A DNA stretch of 64,000 bases from Coriobacteriaceae bacterium. Lineage in GTDB: Bacteria > Actinomycetota > Coriobacteriia > Coriobacteriales > UMGS124. The stretch is taken from positions 23,397-87,396 of the forward strand of contig JAHZGC010000007.1 of NCBI GenBank assembly GCA_019421015.1. The letters run 5' to 3'. The translations under genes were made by a program, and so were the position numbers. A model generated the notes under the pieces. The model saw nothing but the letters and a program-made list of their open reading frames with translations, was not told the origin of the DNA and searched no databases. Shown in pieces: positions 56,564-64,000 of the stretch (its first letter is position 1; every line of letters begins with the position of its first letter).

Positions 56564-58501
56564 ATGAACGCTCAGCTCAGCCGCCGCTCATTCGTCGCCG
56601 GAAGTGCCGCCCTCGGCGTGGCCGCAGGCGCCGTTGCCTCCGCCGGCATCGCCAAGGCCGCAACCGCCGACTTCACCTTTGCCGACACCGTTGCCTGGAA
56701 CGCCGAATACGACGTCGTCGTCGTGGGCTATGGAACCGCCGGCGGGACCGCTGCCGTGTATGCCGCCGACAACGGCGCCCATGTGCTGCTGTGCGACGCC
56801 GCCCCCGAGGGCGAAGAGGGCGGCAACAGCCGCGTCGCATGCCAGATGATGGTAGCCGGCGACGACCCCGAGAAGATGTTCAAATACTACAACGACGGCC
56901 TCTCCTGGCACTTCAACACCGACGAGGATACCCTGCGCACCTACACCGACGCCCTGTGCAGCATGGAGTCCTACATGGAGTACTTCGGCGTGGCCAGTGA
57001 TGACCTGTTCAAGTGGCCTAACGGCACCGTGGTGACCCCCGAATATCCCGAGTACGAGGGCGGCGAGACCGTCTACGAGATCTTTGTGCACCATGGCAAC
57101 TATGACTCGGCCCTCTACAAGCTCGTACGCAAGAACGTACAGCAGCGTGCCGACATGATCGACGTATGGTGCGCCTTCCCCGCCCAGCACCTGGTGCAGG
57201 ACCCGCAGACCAAGACCATCGTCGGCGTTGAGCTCGAGCGCGACGGCGAGCCCTTCTATGTGCGCGCCAAAAACGGCGTCGTCCTCTCCTGCGGCGGCTT
57301 TGAGAACAACCCCGAGATGATCCAGGACTATCTGGGGCTCGCCCGCGTCATGCCCATCGGCGGCATGTATAACAAGGGCGCCGGCGTGCGCATGGGCATC
57401 GAAGTCGGAGCTGACCAGTGGCACATGGAGGCCTACGAGTCCCTGGGCATCCTGAACGGCAACGCCTTTGCCAACGACGAGACCGGACGCGCCACGCTCG
57501 AGCAAAGCTTTAAGGAGAAGAAGTCCGTAAGCTGCATCTCCCTCGGCAGCGAGGAATGGGGTCAGGGCAGCGTATTTATGGTGGGCGACGACGGAGACCG
57601 CTTCTCCGACGAAAGCTACATGCACCGTCACGGTCACGTGTACTCCAACGGAGTGTGGCGCATGCCCATCGCCAACTGGTCGCCCTGGCTCATCTTTGAC
57701 CAGGCCGAGCTTGACTGGTGGAAGGAGGTCGGCCGCATCACCCCCGAACGCGAAGAGCTTATCGTGAGCGCCTCCTCTCCCGAAGAACTGGCCGAAAAGA
57801 TCGGCGTCGACCCTGAGATTTTTGCCCGCACTGTGGAAGACTTCAACTTCTTTGCCGAAAGCGGGCGTGACTACAAGGAGAATCGTCCGGCCGACACCAT
57901 GCGCGCCCTTGAAGGCGAGACCATCTACGCCATCCAGTTCCGTCCCGCCATCCTCAACACCCAGGGCGGTCCGCGCCGCAACGGCAACGCCGAGGTGCTC
58001 GACACCATGGGCAACCCCATCCCGCATCTCTACAGCGCCGGTGAGCTGGGCGGCATCTGCGCCTTCCAGTACAACTCGGGCGGCAACCTGGCCGAATGCG
58101 TGATCTTTGGCTCCATCGCCGGCACCAACGCCGCGGCCGAGAAGGAGCCGCTGCCCAACATCGAGCTGCCCGAGGCCGTTGAGCCCGATATCAAGCTGAC
58201 CCCCGGCGAGCTGAACGAGACCGACGTCGTGACCACCGCCGACCTGGCCGACAACCAGCGCCTGGGCCGCAGCACCGCCGGCATGGGCAACGAGCTCGTG
58301 CTCCGCGTGACCCTCGACGGCGACACCGTGACCGACGTGGAGGTCATCAAGTCCACCGAGACCCCCGAGTACGGCGGCAAGGCACTTCCCCAGCTCGTGG
58401 AGATGGCCGTCGCCTCCGGCACGGGCGACGTCGACGTGGTGGCCGGCGCCACGATGACCAGCGCCGCCTTCATGGACGCCATGGCCGACGCACTGAAGTA
58501 A
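56564..58501 (+). CDS. Tat-exported FAD-dependent oxidoreductase with a C-terminal FMN_bind (covalent-FMN) domain
   Basis: ATG at 56564. Has a Tat signal (LSRRSFVAGSAALG), YDVVVVGYGTAGGTAA, and LYSAGELGG...FGSIAGTNAA. The ~90-aa C-terminal domain ends in DVDVVAGATMTSAAF, the [S/T]GAT[S/T] flavinylation motif of FMN_bind domains. Confidence 0.85.
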   Translation: MNAQLSRRSFVAGSAALGVAAGAVASAGIAKAATADFTFADTVAWNAEYDVVVVGYGTAGGTAAVYAADNGAHVLLCDAAPEGEEGGNSRVACQMMVAGDDPEKMFKYYNDGLSWHFNTDEDTLRTYTDALCSMESYMEYFGVASDDLFKWPNGTVVTPEYPEYEGGETVYEIFVHHGNYDSALYKLVRKNVQQRADMIDVWCAFPAQHLVQDPQTKTIVGVELERDGEPFYVRAKNGVVLSCGGFENNPEMIQDYLGLARVMPIGGMYNKGAGVRMGIEVGADQWHMEAYESLGILNGNAFANDETGRATLEQSFKEKKSVSCISLGSEEWGQGSVFMVGDDGDRFSDESYMHRHGHVYSNGVWRMPIANWSPWLIFDQAELDWWKEVGRITPEREELIVSASSPEELAEKIGVDPEIFARTVEDFNFFAESGRDYKENRPADTMRALEGETIYAIQFRPAILNTQGGPRRNGNAEVLDTMGNPIPHLYSAGELGGICAFQYNSGGNLAECVIFGSIAGTNAAAEKEPLPNIELPEAVEPDIKLTPGELNETDVVTTADLADNQRLGRSTAGMGNELVLRVTLDGDTVTDVEVIKSTETPEYGGKALPQLVEMAVASGTGDVDVVAGATMTSAAFMDAMADALK

Positions 58502-58571
58502 GAGGACTTCTCTGAGGAGGGTTTCTCCGCCGGAAGATTGTCAGAAGACGCCCTGCCAGTTTGATCGCACG

Positions 58572-58604
58572 CAAAGGGCCCCGCAACCAGGTCGCGGGGC
58601 CCTT
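58572..58604 (+). terminator. Hairpin terminator after the flavoprotein gene
   Basis: AAGGGCCCCGC (58574-58584) pairs with GCGGGGCCCTT (58594-58604). Confidence 0.5.
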
Positions 58605-58761
58605 GCAATGCGAAGATCGGCGGGCGCAGGCTTAAGGGAAGCGCCTCCGCGCAGCTCGTGGAGAAAACCGGCGACACCGTGGGATGCCCGAAGGCCTCTT
58701 CGTGTCAAAACGGGGTCGCCGTGCGCGGTCGATCTGTCAAAGCAACCCCGCCGTGCACGAA

Positions 58762-58797
58762 AAAACGTCCCCGCAGCGTGCAGAGCGGGGACGTTTT
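58762..58797. terminator. Bidirectional Rho-independent terminator
   Basis: AAAACGTCCCCGC (58762-58774) pairs with GCGGGGACGTTTT (58785-58797), with A/T runs flanking both arms. It lies between the converging 56564 (+) and 60719 (-) transcription units. Confidence 0.6.
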
Positions 58798-58862
58798 GGC
58801 AGCACGAGCGTACACAGCGGGGTGTTTTTGGCACATACATGGCGGAACCCGCCCCAAGCCCC

Positions 58863-60719
58863 CTACGGCCGTACCCCCAGCACCACCGAGGCGTACTGCT
58901 GCCCCGAAAGCGTGCTCGGGGCATCGGGGCCCAGCTCGCCCAGGCAGGGGCTCGGCGCCAGCACGGCCAAGGCTTCGTCGCCGTCGCGGCGGGTGCGGCG
59001 GCTGGTCGCCCCCAGCTTCTGGGCCATCTCGGCCGGGCAGCGCTGGGCGCACGAGACAACCAGCTCGTCGCGGGCGCTCGCCAGAGCGCCCACAAAACCG
59101 CGGGCCTCCCGCTCAAAGCGCGCGGAATCCTGCGACCGGGCCACCGAGGGCACCAGCCCCTCGTTGGCGCCCGCAGCCACCACGGTGCGGGGACTCCATC
59201 CCAGCAGACTCTCGGCGCAGCCCACCCGCACGCAGGCGGGGTTCGCGCTGTAGTGGCGGTCAAAGCAGTTGGCGCACAGGTGCCCAAAGACCTCCGGGGC
59301 AAGCTCCTCTCCGCCCATGGGCTCGCAGAGCTCGGCAAAGGAGGCCGACCCACTGGGGTCCACGGTCTTGAGCAGGCCAAAGCCGCGGCGGCTTCCGGAG
59401 CGCTCGATCAGCGCGCGGCCCTCGCGGTAGGCGTCGGCCAGCTGCGCCGCACCGGCAAACGGCTCGCCGGAAGCGGTCCCGGCCCCCGCGGCATCCAGCG
59501 ATGCAAGCGCCTCCACAATCCCCATGCCGCGCTCGGCAGCGTAGGACTCCAAGGCAATCCACGCCGGACTCGCCAGGTCGGCGCGGCCCAAGGCAACCCA
59601 GGTGCGCCACGAGGCCGCATCCTCGGCATTCGCCAAGAGGCCCAGGCTCGCAAAGGCCGCGAGCGCCGGGCAGCCCTTGCGCCGACGGGGGTCGCCGCCG
59701 ATGGGTTGGCGCAGCAGGAACGTGCTCACCGGCACCTCGCGGGGGGCAAGGCCGCGGGCCACGGCGTTGGCGTAGACCTTGTCGGGCACCACCACGGCCA
59801 CCTGGGCCGCGCAGTAGGGCGGCAGCTCGTCGGGGCGGGCGGCTTCGATCCCCTCGCTGCGCTGGCGTGCCACATAGGCAGCCACCTGACGCAGCACGGT
59901 GGTCACGGCACCGTCGGCCTCCTCCCCGATCGAGGCCCACTTGACCGCATAGCGTCCAGGCGCACCCAGGGCGTGGGCGGGCGCAGGCAGCTCGACGCGC
60001 TCGCCGGCCGCCTGCGCAAAGGCCGAGGACCGCGCGCCCTCGTCGAACAGCACGACCTCCCAAGCGGGATCGCCCGCCATGAGCAGCTCGCAGCCCGCCA
60101 GCTCGCCGAGCAGGGCCACGGCAGCGGGGCTTAGGGCGTTGGCGTCGTCGACCAGCACGTAGGCCGCCCCGAGCTTCTGGGCGAGAACCTCATCGGCCCG
60201 CACACGTTCCAACGCCTGATAGGCCAGGGCCTGGGGCATGGTGGCACCGCGACGCCCCAGGGCGTCCACCAGCGCCGCCACGGCGGCGTCCCCGGAACCC
60301 GCGGGGTTCTCCCCCGCCCCCCAGAGCGCCGTGGCCCGGGCCACCACACCAGCAAGCTGCGCCGGGTCCACCCCGGCGGCCTTGAGGTCGGCCACCAGAA
60401 TCGACTGCTCCACGTCGAGCAGCGGCCGCAGGTGTCGGGGCTTCTCCCCCGCCTGGGTCGGGGCCTGGAGCGCCTCCCATGCAAGACCGCGCGCCGACAG
60501 CACGCGCACCTTCTGGGCCGCGGGGCCGGCCACGGCAAGCAGGCGGTCCCTCAGGGCCTGGGCGCCGTCCACATTGGCGGCCACCAGCAGCACGTCGTGG
60601 GGAGCGGTCCCGGTCGCAAGCAGTTCGGCCGCACGGGCCACCAGAGCCGCCGTCTTGCCCGAGGCCGCGCCTCCGCATAGGGCAACGCGCCGAACGGGCG
60701 TCTTTTCTTCGGCACCCAT
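58863..60719 (-). CDS. Degenerate SF1 (UvrD/PcrA-like) P-loop NTPase, paralog 2
   Basis: ATG at 60719 lies 2 nt after the upstream stop. Walker A is CGGAASGKTAAL, the motif II-like segment is YVLVDDANAL, and a degenerate UvrD_C-like end follows. No nuclease motif was seen. Confidence 0.55.
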   Translation of the reverse strand: MGAEEKTPVRRVALCGGAASGKTAALVARAAELLATGTAPHDVLLVAANVDGAQALRDRLLAVAGPAAQKVRVLSARGLAWEALQAPTQAGEKPRHLRPLLDVEQSILVADLKAAGVDPAQLAGVVARATALWGAGENPAGSGDAAVAALVDALGRRGATMPQALAYQALERVRADEVLAQKLGAAYVLVDDANALSPAAVALLGELAGCELLMAGDPAWEVVLFDEGARSSAFAQAAGERVELPAPAHALGAPGRYAVKWASIGEEADGAVTTVLRQVAAYVARQRSEGIEAARPDELPPYCAAQVAVVVPDKVYANAVARGLAPREVPVSTFLLRQPIGGDPRRRKGCPALAAFASLGLLANAEDAASWRTWVALGRADLASPAWIALESYAAERGMGIVEALASLDAAGAGTASGEPFAGAAQLADAYREGRALIERSGSRRGFGLLKTVDPSGSASFAELCEPMGGEELAPEVFGHLCANCFDRHYSANPACVRVGCAESLLGWSPRTVVAAGANEGLVPSVARSQDSARFEREARGFVGALASARDELVVSCAQRCPAEMAQKLGATSRRTRRDGDEALAVLAPSPCLGELGPDAPSTLSGQQYASVVLGVRP

Positions 60720-60721
60720 GG

Positions 60722-61531
60722 CTACAGCCACGCGCCCGTGCTGGAGTCGAGGGTGCGCACGGCGCCGTCCTCGAAGACGACGTCCCACAGACGATAGTCC
60801 ACGGCCTCGATGACCACCTGGGGCGCAGCGGGCTCGGCCGGCGTCTCAGGCTCGGCGGTCTCCCCGGCCTCAGCGGGAGCCTCGCCCTCGGCAACCTCGG
60901 CAGCCTCGGCAGCGGCGTCGCCCTCCGGTGCAGCGGTCTCCTCGGCGGCACTCTCCTCCTCGGCCTTCGCAGCCTCGGCAGCAGCGGCCTCAGCGGCGGC
61001 CTTCTCCTTTGCGGCCTCCTCGGCAGCGGCGTACTGGGCGGCCCAGCTGGCAGCCGAGGGCATCTCCACGCGGACCACGGTCCCCCCGAAGGTCCCCTGG
61101 TTCAGCAGCTCGCGGAAGCGGGCCGCCAGGTCCTCCGCCTCGGGCAGCGCGCCGGTGGTGGGCAGGGCCATCGAGAACAGGTAGGGCTTCATGTCGAGCT
61201 CGACGCGACCGTAGTCCACGGTCTGCTGGCCCTTCTCGGCGCGGCTCTTGTTGAAGTTGGCCATGGTGGAGCCCACCTTGTAGAGCTTGGCGTCGAGCCA
61301 GGTGCTCACGGCCTGCCACATCTCGTCGCCCTGAGGGTCGGCGCTCGACCAGTAGGGCTTGCCCATGCGCACGATGAGGCGCATCACGTTGCAGGCGGGG
61401 TCGGTGGCAGCGTGCTTGGTCACGGTCACCGGGCCCACGTAGGGGTAGGAGCGCTTGAGGTCGTCGATGACGGCCTGGTTGGCCTGGCGCTCGTCGAGGC
61501 TGATCTTCTCGATAAGGGACGGGTGGATCAT
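60722..61531 (-). CDS. Hypothetical protein with a long Ala/Glu-rich low-complexity linker
   Basis: ATG at 61531 (MIHPSLIEK) is preceded by GGAG. It has a ~165-aa N-terminal globular part, a ~70-aa A/E/K/P-rich segment and a short conserved-looking C-terminus. It lies between the two helicase-like genes. Confidence 0.5.
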   Translation of the reverse strand: MIHPSLIEKISLDERQANQAVIDDLKRSYPYVGPVTVTKHAATDPACNVMRLIVRMGKPYWSSADPQGDEMWQAVSTWLDAKLYKVGSTMANFNKSRAEKGQQTVDYGRVELDMKPYLFSMALPTTGALPEAEDLAARFRELLNQGTFGGTVVRVEMPSAASWAAQYAAAEEAAKEKAAAEAAAAEAAKAEEESAAEETAAPEGDAAAEAAEVAEGEAPAEAGETAEPETPAEPAAPQVVIEAVDYRLWDVVFEDGAVRTLDSSTGAWL

Positions 61532-61590
61532 GGCGGGTCTCCAATCAACGCGGTGTGTAGCGGGACGGTGTTCCAATGTTCCAACGATCG

Positions 61591-63552
61591 TTAGCGCGCC
61601 AGGGGCTCGACCCCCCAGGCGTCAAGGGCGTAGGGCAAAAGGTCGCTGCGGCGCACGGTGGTGAGGCGGGTGCCCTCGGGGGTCATGCGCACGCGGTACC
61701 CCTTGAGCTTCATGCGCTCGGCAGCCTCGAGGTCGCACAGGGCAAAGCCGCTGAACGCAAGGCCCTCGGTGGCGATGCCGGCCAGGCCGTACAGGGCGCT
61801 GCGGCAGTCGCGGTCCATGCGCAGGCGGTGCTCAAAGTCGGCCTCGGCCAGGTCGAAGTAGGCGTGGGCGGGGAACCAGCCGTTCATGAGGCCGGCCACA
61901 AAGCCATAGCGCCCCTTGATGCCGGCCAGGCAGTCGAACTCCACCACGCGCACGCCGCCCTCGTCACCGGCGAGCGCAGGCTCGAGGACCAGGTCCTTCA
62001 GGGCCGAGAAGATCTCGGCGGCCCTGGCGTCCTTGCCGGCAAGGTCGCGCGCCCGGGCAACCACCGGCGGCACGCCCTCGAGGCCCAGACCGCTTGCCAG
62101 CTCGGCCACAAGCTCCACGCCGCGCAGGCCCGCAAGCGTCTCGACCATACCCCGGCCCTGGCGATAGGCCTCGAGGAACGCCTCCTGGGCCGAGGTGGTC
62201 GCCTCGCCCGACCGGTAGAGGTCGTCGATGGCCTGCGGCACCGAAACCCCCTGGTCGGCAGCCCTCTTCTCGATAAAGCCGTAGACGTTGCTGCGGCAGA
62301 GGTAGTCGCCAAAGCCGCACCAGCAACGCCAGGCCAGGGCGTCGTTTGCGTCGGCGAGCAATGCCAGGGCCGTGTAGATGCGCGCCGTGGGACAGGCGTC
62401 GAGCTCGCGGATGTTGCCCCCCACGGGCTGGCGGCGCACCAGCGTCTGGGCCGCGCAGCCGTGGTCGCGCAGGGCCTTGGCTACGTTCGTGGCCCAGGTG
62501 CGGTTGGGCACCGCCACCACTACGTCGGCAGGCGAGACACCCCGTTCGAGCAGGGCGGCCACCCGCTGCGCCACGCCCGCGAACTCCTCCTGGGGCGTCG
62601 CGAACTCCAGGGCCTCCACACCCGCAAGACCCCGTTCGAGCGAGGGCACGTCGTAGGTCTCCTCCACGATCTCCTTGCCGCGGTTCTCGGAGATGCCGAG
62701 CGACACCGCCTCCATGAAGCCGCAGGAGGCAAGGACCCCGGCCGCCCCGGCAACGCCCGTGGGCTCGGGGTCGGGCAGGTCGACCACCGCGACGCCCTCC
62801 TGACCGGCCAAAACCTCCACGCCGGCCAGGTAGGGGAAGAGATCGGTGCCCTCGGCCGCGCGGGACGGGTCGGCAAAGGCCCACGCCGTGGCGGCGGGCA
62901 CCATCGAGAACAGCACCTGCGAGGCGCGGTTGAGCGACTGGTAGTCGTCGATCACCAGGTGAGCCGGCGCCTCGGACTCCTCCATGGGGCAGGCGCGCAG
63001 GTAGTTCACGGCCAGGTTCGAGACCTCGCAGGGATGCATGGCGTCGTAGGCCGCCAGATGGGCCTTGACCGCGCTGTGGAGCACGTGCTCCTGGGCGTCG
63101 AGGATGAAGGAGCCCATGTCGTCGTCGGCCAGCTCGGTCCAGCTGCGCTGGAAGAAACCGAACATGCCCTTGATGCGCTTGCCCGGCATCGAGGTGGTGC
63201 GCAGGTCCTCGATCAGGAACTGCTCCTCGAAGTCGGCCAGCACTCGGGGACGGCGCCCCGTGATGGCGCGGGCGGCCGGGGCGTCGAGCAGCGAGAGCTC
63301 GTAGTCGCGGGCGGTCATGACCGGCACGGTGGCCAGCGCGGGGCCTGCGGCGGTCAAGGCGCGGCGGGCGTCGGCGGCCGCCGTGGGGCTCGCGACCACC
63401 AGCAGCACCGAGGCGGGGTCGGCTCCCGCGGCCACGAGCTCGGCCACATGGGCCAGGGCGGCCCGGGTCTTACCGGCATTGCGATGCCCGCGCACCAGCA
63501 CGCGCGGGGTCAAGGCCGCAGGCAACCCGCGGTCCACAGAGAGGTTCTCCAT
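61591..63552 (-). CDS. Degenerate SF1 (UvrD/PcrA-like) P-loop NTPase, paralog 1
   Basis: ATG at 63552 is preceded by AAGGAG. Walker A is GHRNAGKTRAAL, the motif II-like segment is LVIDDYQSLN, the motif III-like segment is AFADPSRA, and the UvrD_C-like segment is VVEFDCLAGIKGRYGFVAGLMNGWFP. Confidence 0.55.
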   Translation of the reverse strand: MENLSVDRGLPAALTPRVLVRGHRNAGKTRAALAHVAELVAAGADPASVLLVVASPTAAADARRALTAAGPALATVPVMTARDYELSLLDAPAARAITGRRPRVLADFEEQFLIEDLRTTSMPGKRIKGMFGFFQRSWTELADDDMGSFILDAQEHVLHSAVKAHLAAYDAMHPCEVSNLAVNYLRACPMEESEAPAHLVIDDYQSLNRASQVLFSMVPAATAWAFADPSRAAEGTDLFPYLAGVEVLAGQEGVAVVDLPDPEPTGVAGAAGVLASCGFMEAVSLGISENRGKEIVEETYDVPSLERGLAGVEALEFATPQEEFAGVAQRVAALLERGVSPADVVVAVPNRTWATNVAKALRDHGCAAQTLVRRQPVGGNIRELDACPTARIYTALALLADANDALAWRCWCGFGDYLCRSNVYGFIEKRAADQGVSVPQAIDDLYRSGEATTSAQEAFLEAYRQGRGMVETLAGLRGVELVAELASGLGLEGVPPVVARARDLAGKDARAAEIFSALKDLVLEPALAGDEGGVRVVEFDCLAGIKGRYGFVAGLMNGWFPAHAYFDLAEADFEHRLRMDRDCRSALYGLAGIATEGLAFSGFALCDLEAAERMKLKGYRVRMTPEGTRLTTVRRSDLLPYALDAWGVEPLAR

Positions 63553-63592
63553 AGAGTTCTCCTTAACAAAAAGCCAAAAACTATCTTTGCGG

Positions 63593-63698
63593 CTAGAGCG
63601 TTTGAGGGAGCGTCTCGCAAGGCACGCGAGGGTGAAGCGTGCTTATTGCACATGAGCCCGAGCGCAACGCAGCGAGACGGTTCCTCAATACGCTCTAG
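63593..63698. repeat. Family A hairpin repeat, long (106-nt) variant
   Basis: Outer stems are CTAGAGCG:CGCTCTAG and TTGAGG:CCTCAA, with stem CGTCTCGC:GCGAGACG, bulge AAGGC, and apex GTGC-N5-GCAC. The core CACATGAGCCCGAGCGCAACG is identical to the one at 33768-33788. Its terminal CTAG contains the stop codon of the upstream ferredoxin-domain gene. Confidence 0.7.
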
Positions 63699-64000
63699 CG
63701 TTCGTAGAGTTGGTCGCAGTGGATAATCTTCCTCAGCGCCCCGATCATCGAATGGGCGCCTCCGCGGTCGTCGGTCACCGGCGGCAGCACCATGCGCTCC
63801 ACCACCGCGCCGGCGAGCACCTCGCGCGCCATGACGTCCTCGTGCAGCGTGAGGGCGTCGGTGGGGCAGACGTCGGTGCAGCAGCGGCACTTCACGCAGT
63901 CGCCCGGGATGTGCTCCACGCCGGCGTCCTCGCCGTCTGCGAACTTGCGGATGGCGCCGGTGGGGCAAAAGGTGGCGCACATGTAGCACGACTTGCAGGC
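63695..64000 (-). CDS. 3' part of a 4Fe-4S dicluster ferredoxin-domain protein (5' end outside the window)
   Basis: The frame is open to the window edge. It has two Cys cluster segments (CATFCPTGAI, CVKCRCCTDVCPTDAL). Confidence 0.6.
   Translation of the reverse strand, partial: ACKSCYMCATFCPTGAIRKFADGEDAGVEHIPGDCVKCRCCTDVCPTDALTLHEDVMAREVLAGAVVERMVLPPVTDDRGGAHSMIGALRKIIHCDQLYER

Noticed and set aside
1-64000. tRNA or rRNA genes, CRISPR-Cas, prophage or integrative-element boundaries, toxin-antitoxin pairs, or known defence systems.
   Set aside because: I found no cloverleaf-like or rRNA-like conserved segments, no integrase, recombinase, terminase or capsid genes, and no cas genes. Apart from the short AT-rich promoter patches and the family B cores, I saw no large compositional island. 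The DUF4143 ATPase and the Rpn-like gene are isolated accessory genes without partner genes.

Overview
High-GC (about two-thirds G+C by eye) actinobacterial DNA. The gene content looks like Coriobacteriia/Eggerthellaceae (Eggerthella/Gordonibacter-like); this is an inference from content, not a database hit. The window is essentially an anaerobic-respiration reductase island. It holds three DMSO-reductase-family molybdopterin operons: 7451-13077 (+), 38224-43209 (-) and 47004-53787 (-). It also holds three Tat-exported FAD flavoprotein reductases, at 16333, 24525 and 56564. One is paired with a membrane tetraheme cytochrome c3 and one carries a C-terminal FMN_bind domain. An unusual triheme-cytochrome-c::sulfite-oxidase-fold fusion sits in an operon with a Mo-domain paralog (26803-29246). 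The regulators are four intact and one split membrane-spanning LuxR-type proteins plus LysR, MerR, AraC, MarR and GntR family members. Housekeeping and accessory genes fill the rest: isoaspartyl peptidase, larB-larC, a DDAH homolog, icd, dus, an SPFH protein, HAD, a methyltransferase, a DUF4143 ATPase, DUF3160/CapA/EamA, an Rpn-like nuclease, and two degenerate SF1 helicase-like paralogs. No tRNA, rRNA, CRISPR array, prophage or recognisable transposase was seen. The most unexpected signal is non-coding: three families of inverted-repeat elements. Family A is an 85-107 nt hairpin with compensatory stem changes, present in at least 7 copies; it occurs inside an operon, in frame inside an NrfD-like gene, and overlapping stop codons. 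Family B is a ~213 bp MITE-like element with an AT-rich core (3 copies). Family C is a ~265 bp element with ~55 nt terminal inverted repeats (2 copies, each preceded by a relic of a flavoprotein gene 3' end). All start codons were refined by hand from the ORF track using SD sequences, signal peptides and homolog N-termini. Long antisense ORFs in the track are treated as GC-driven artefacts.
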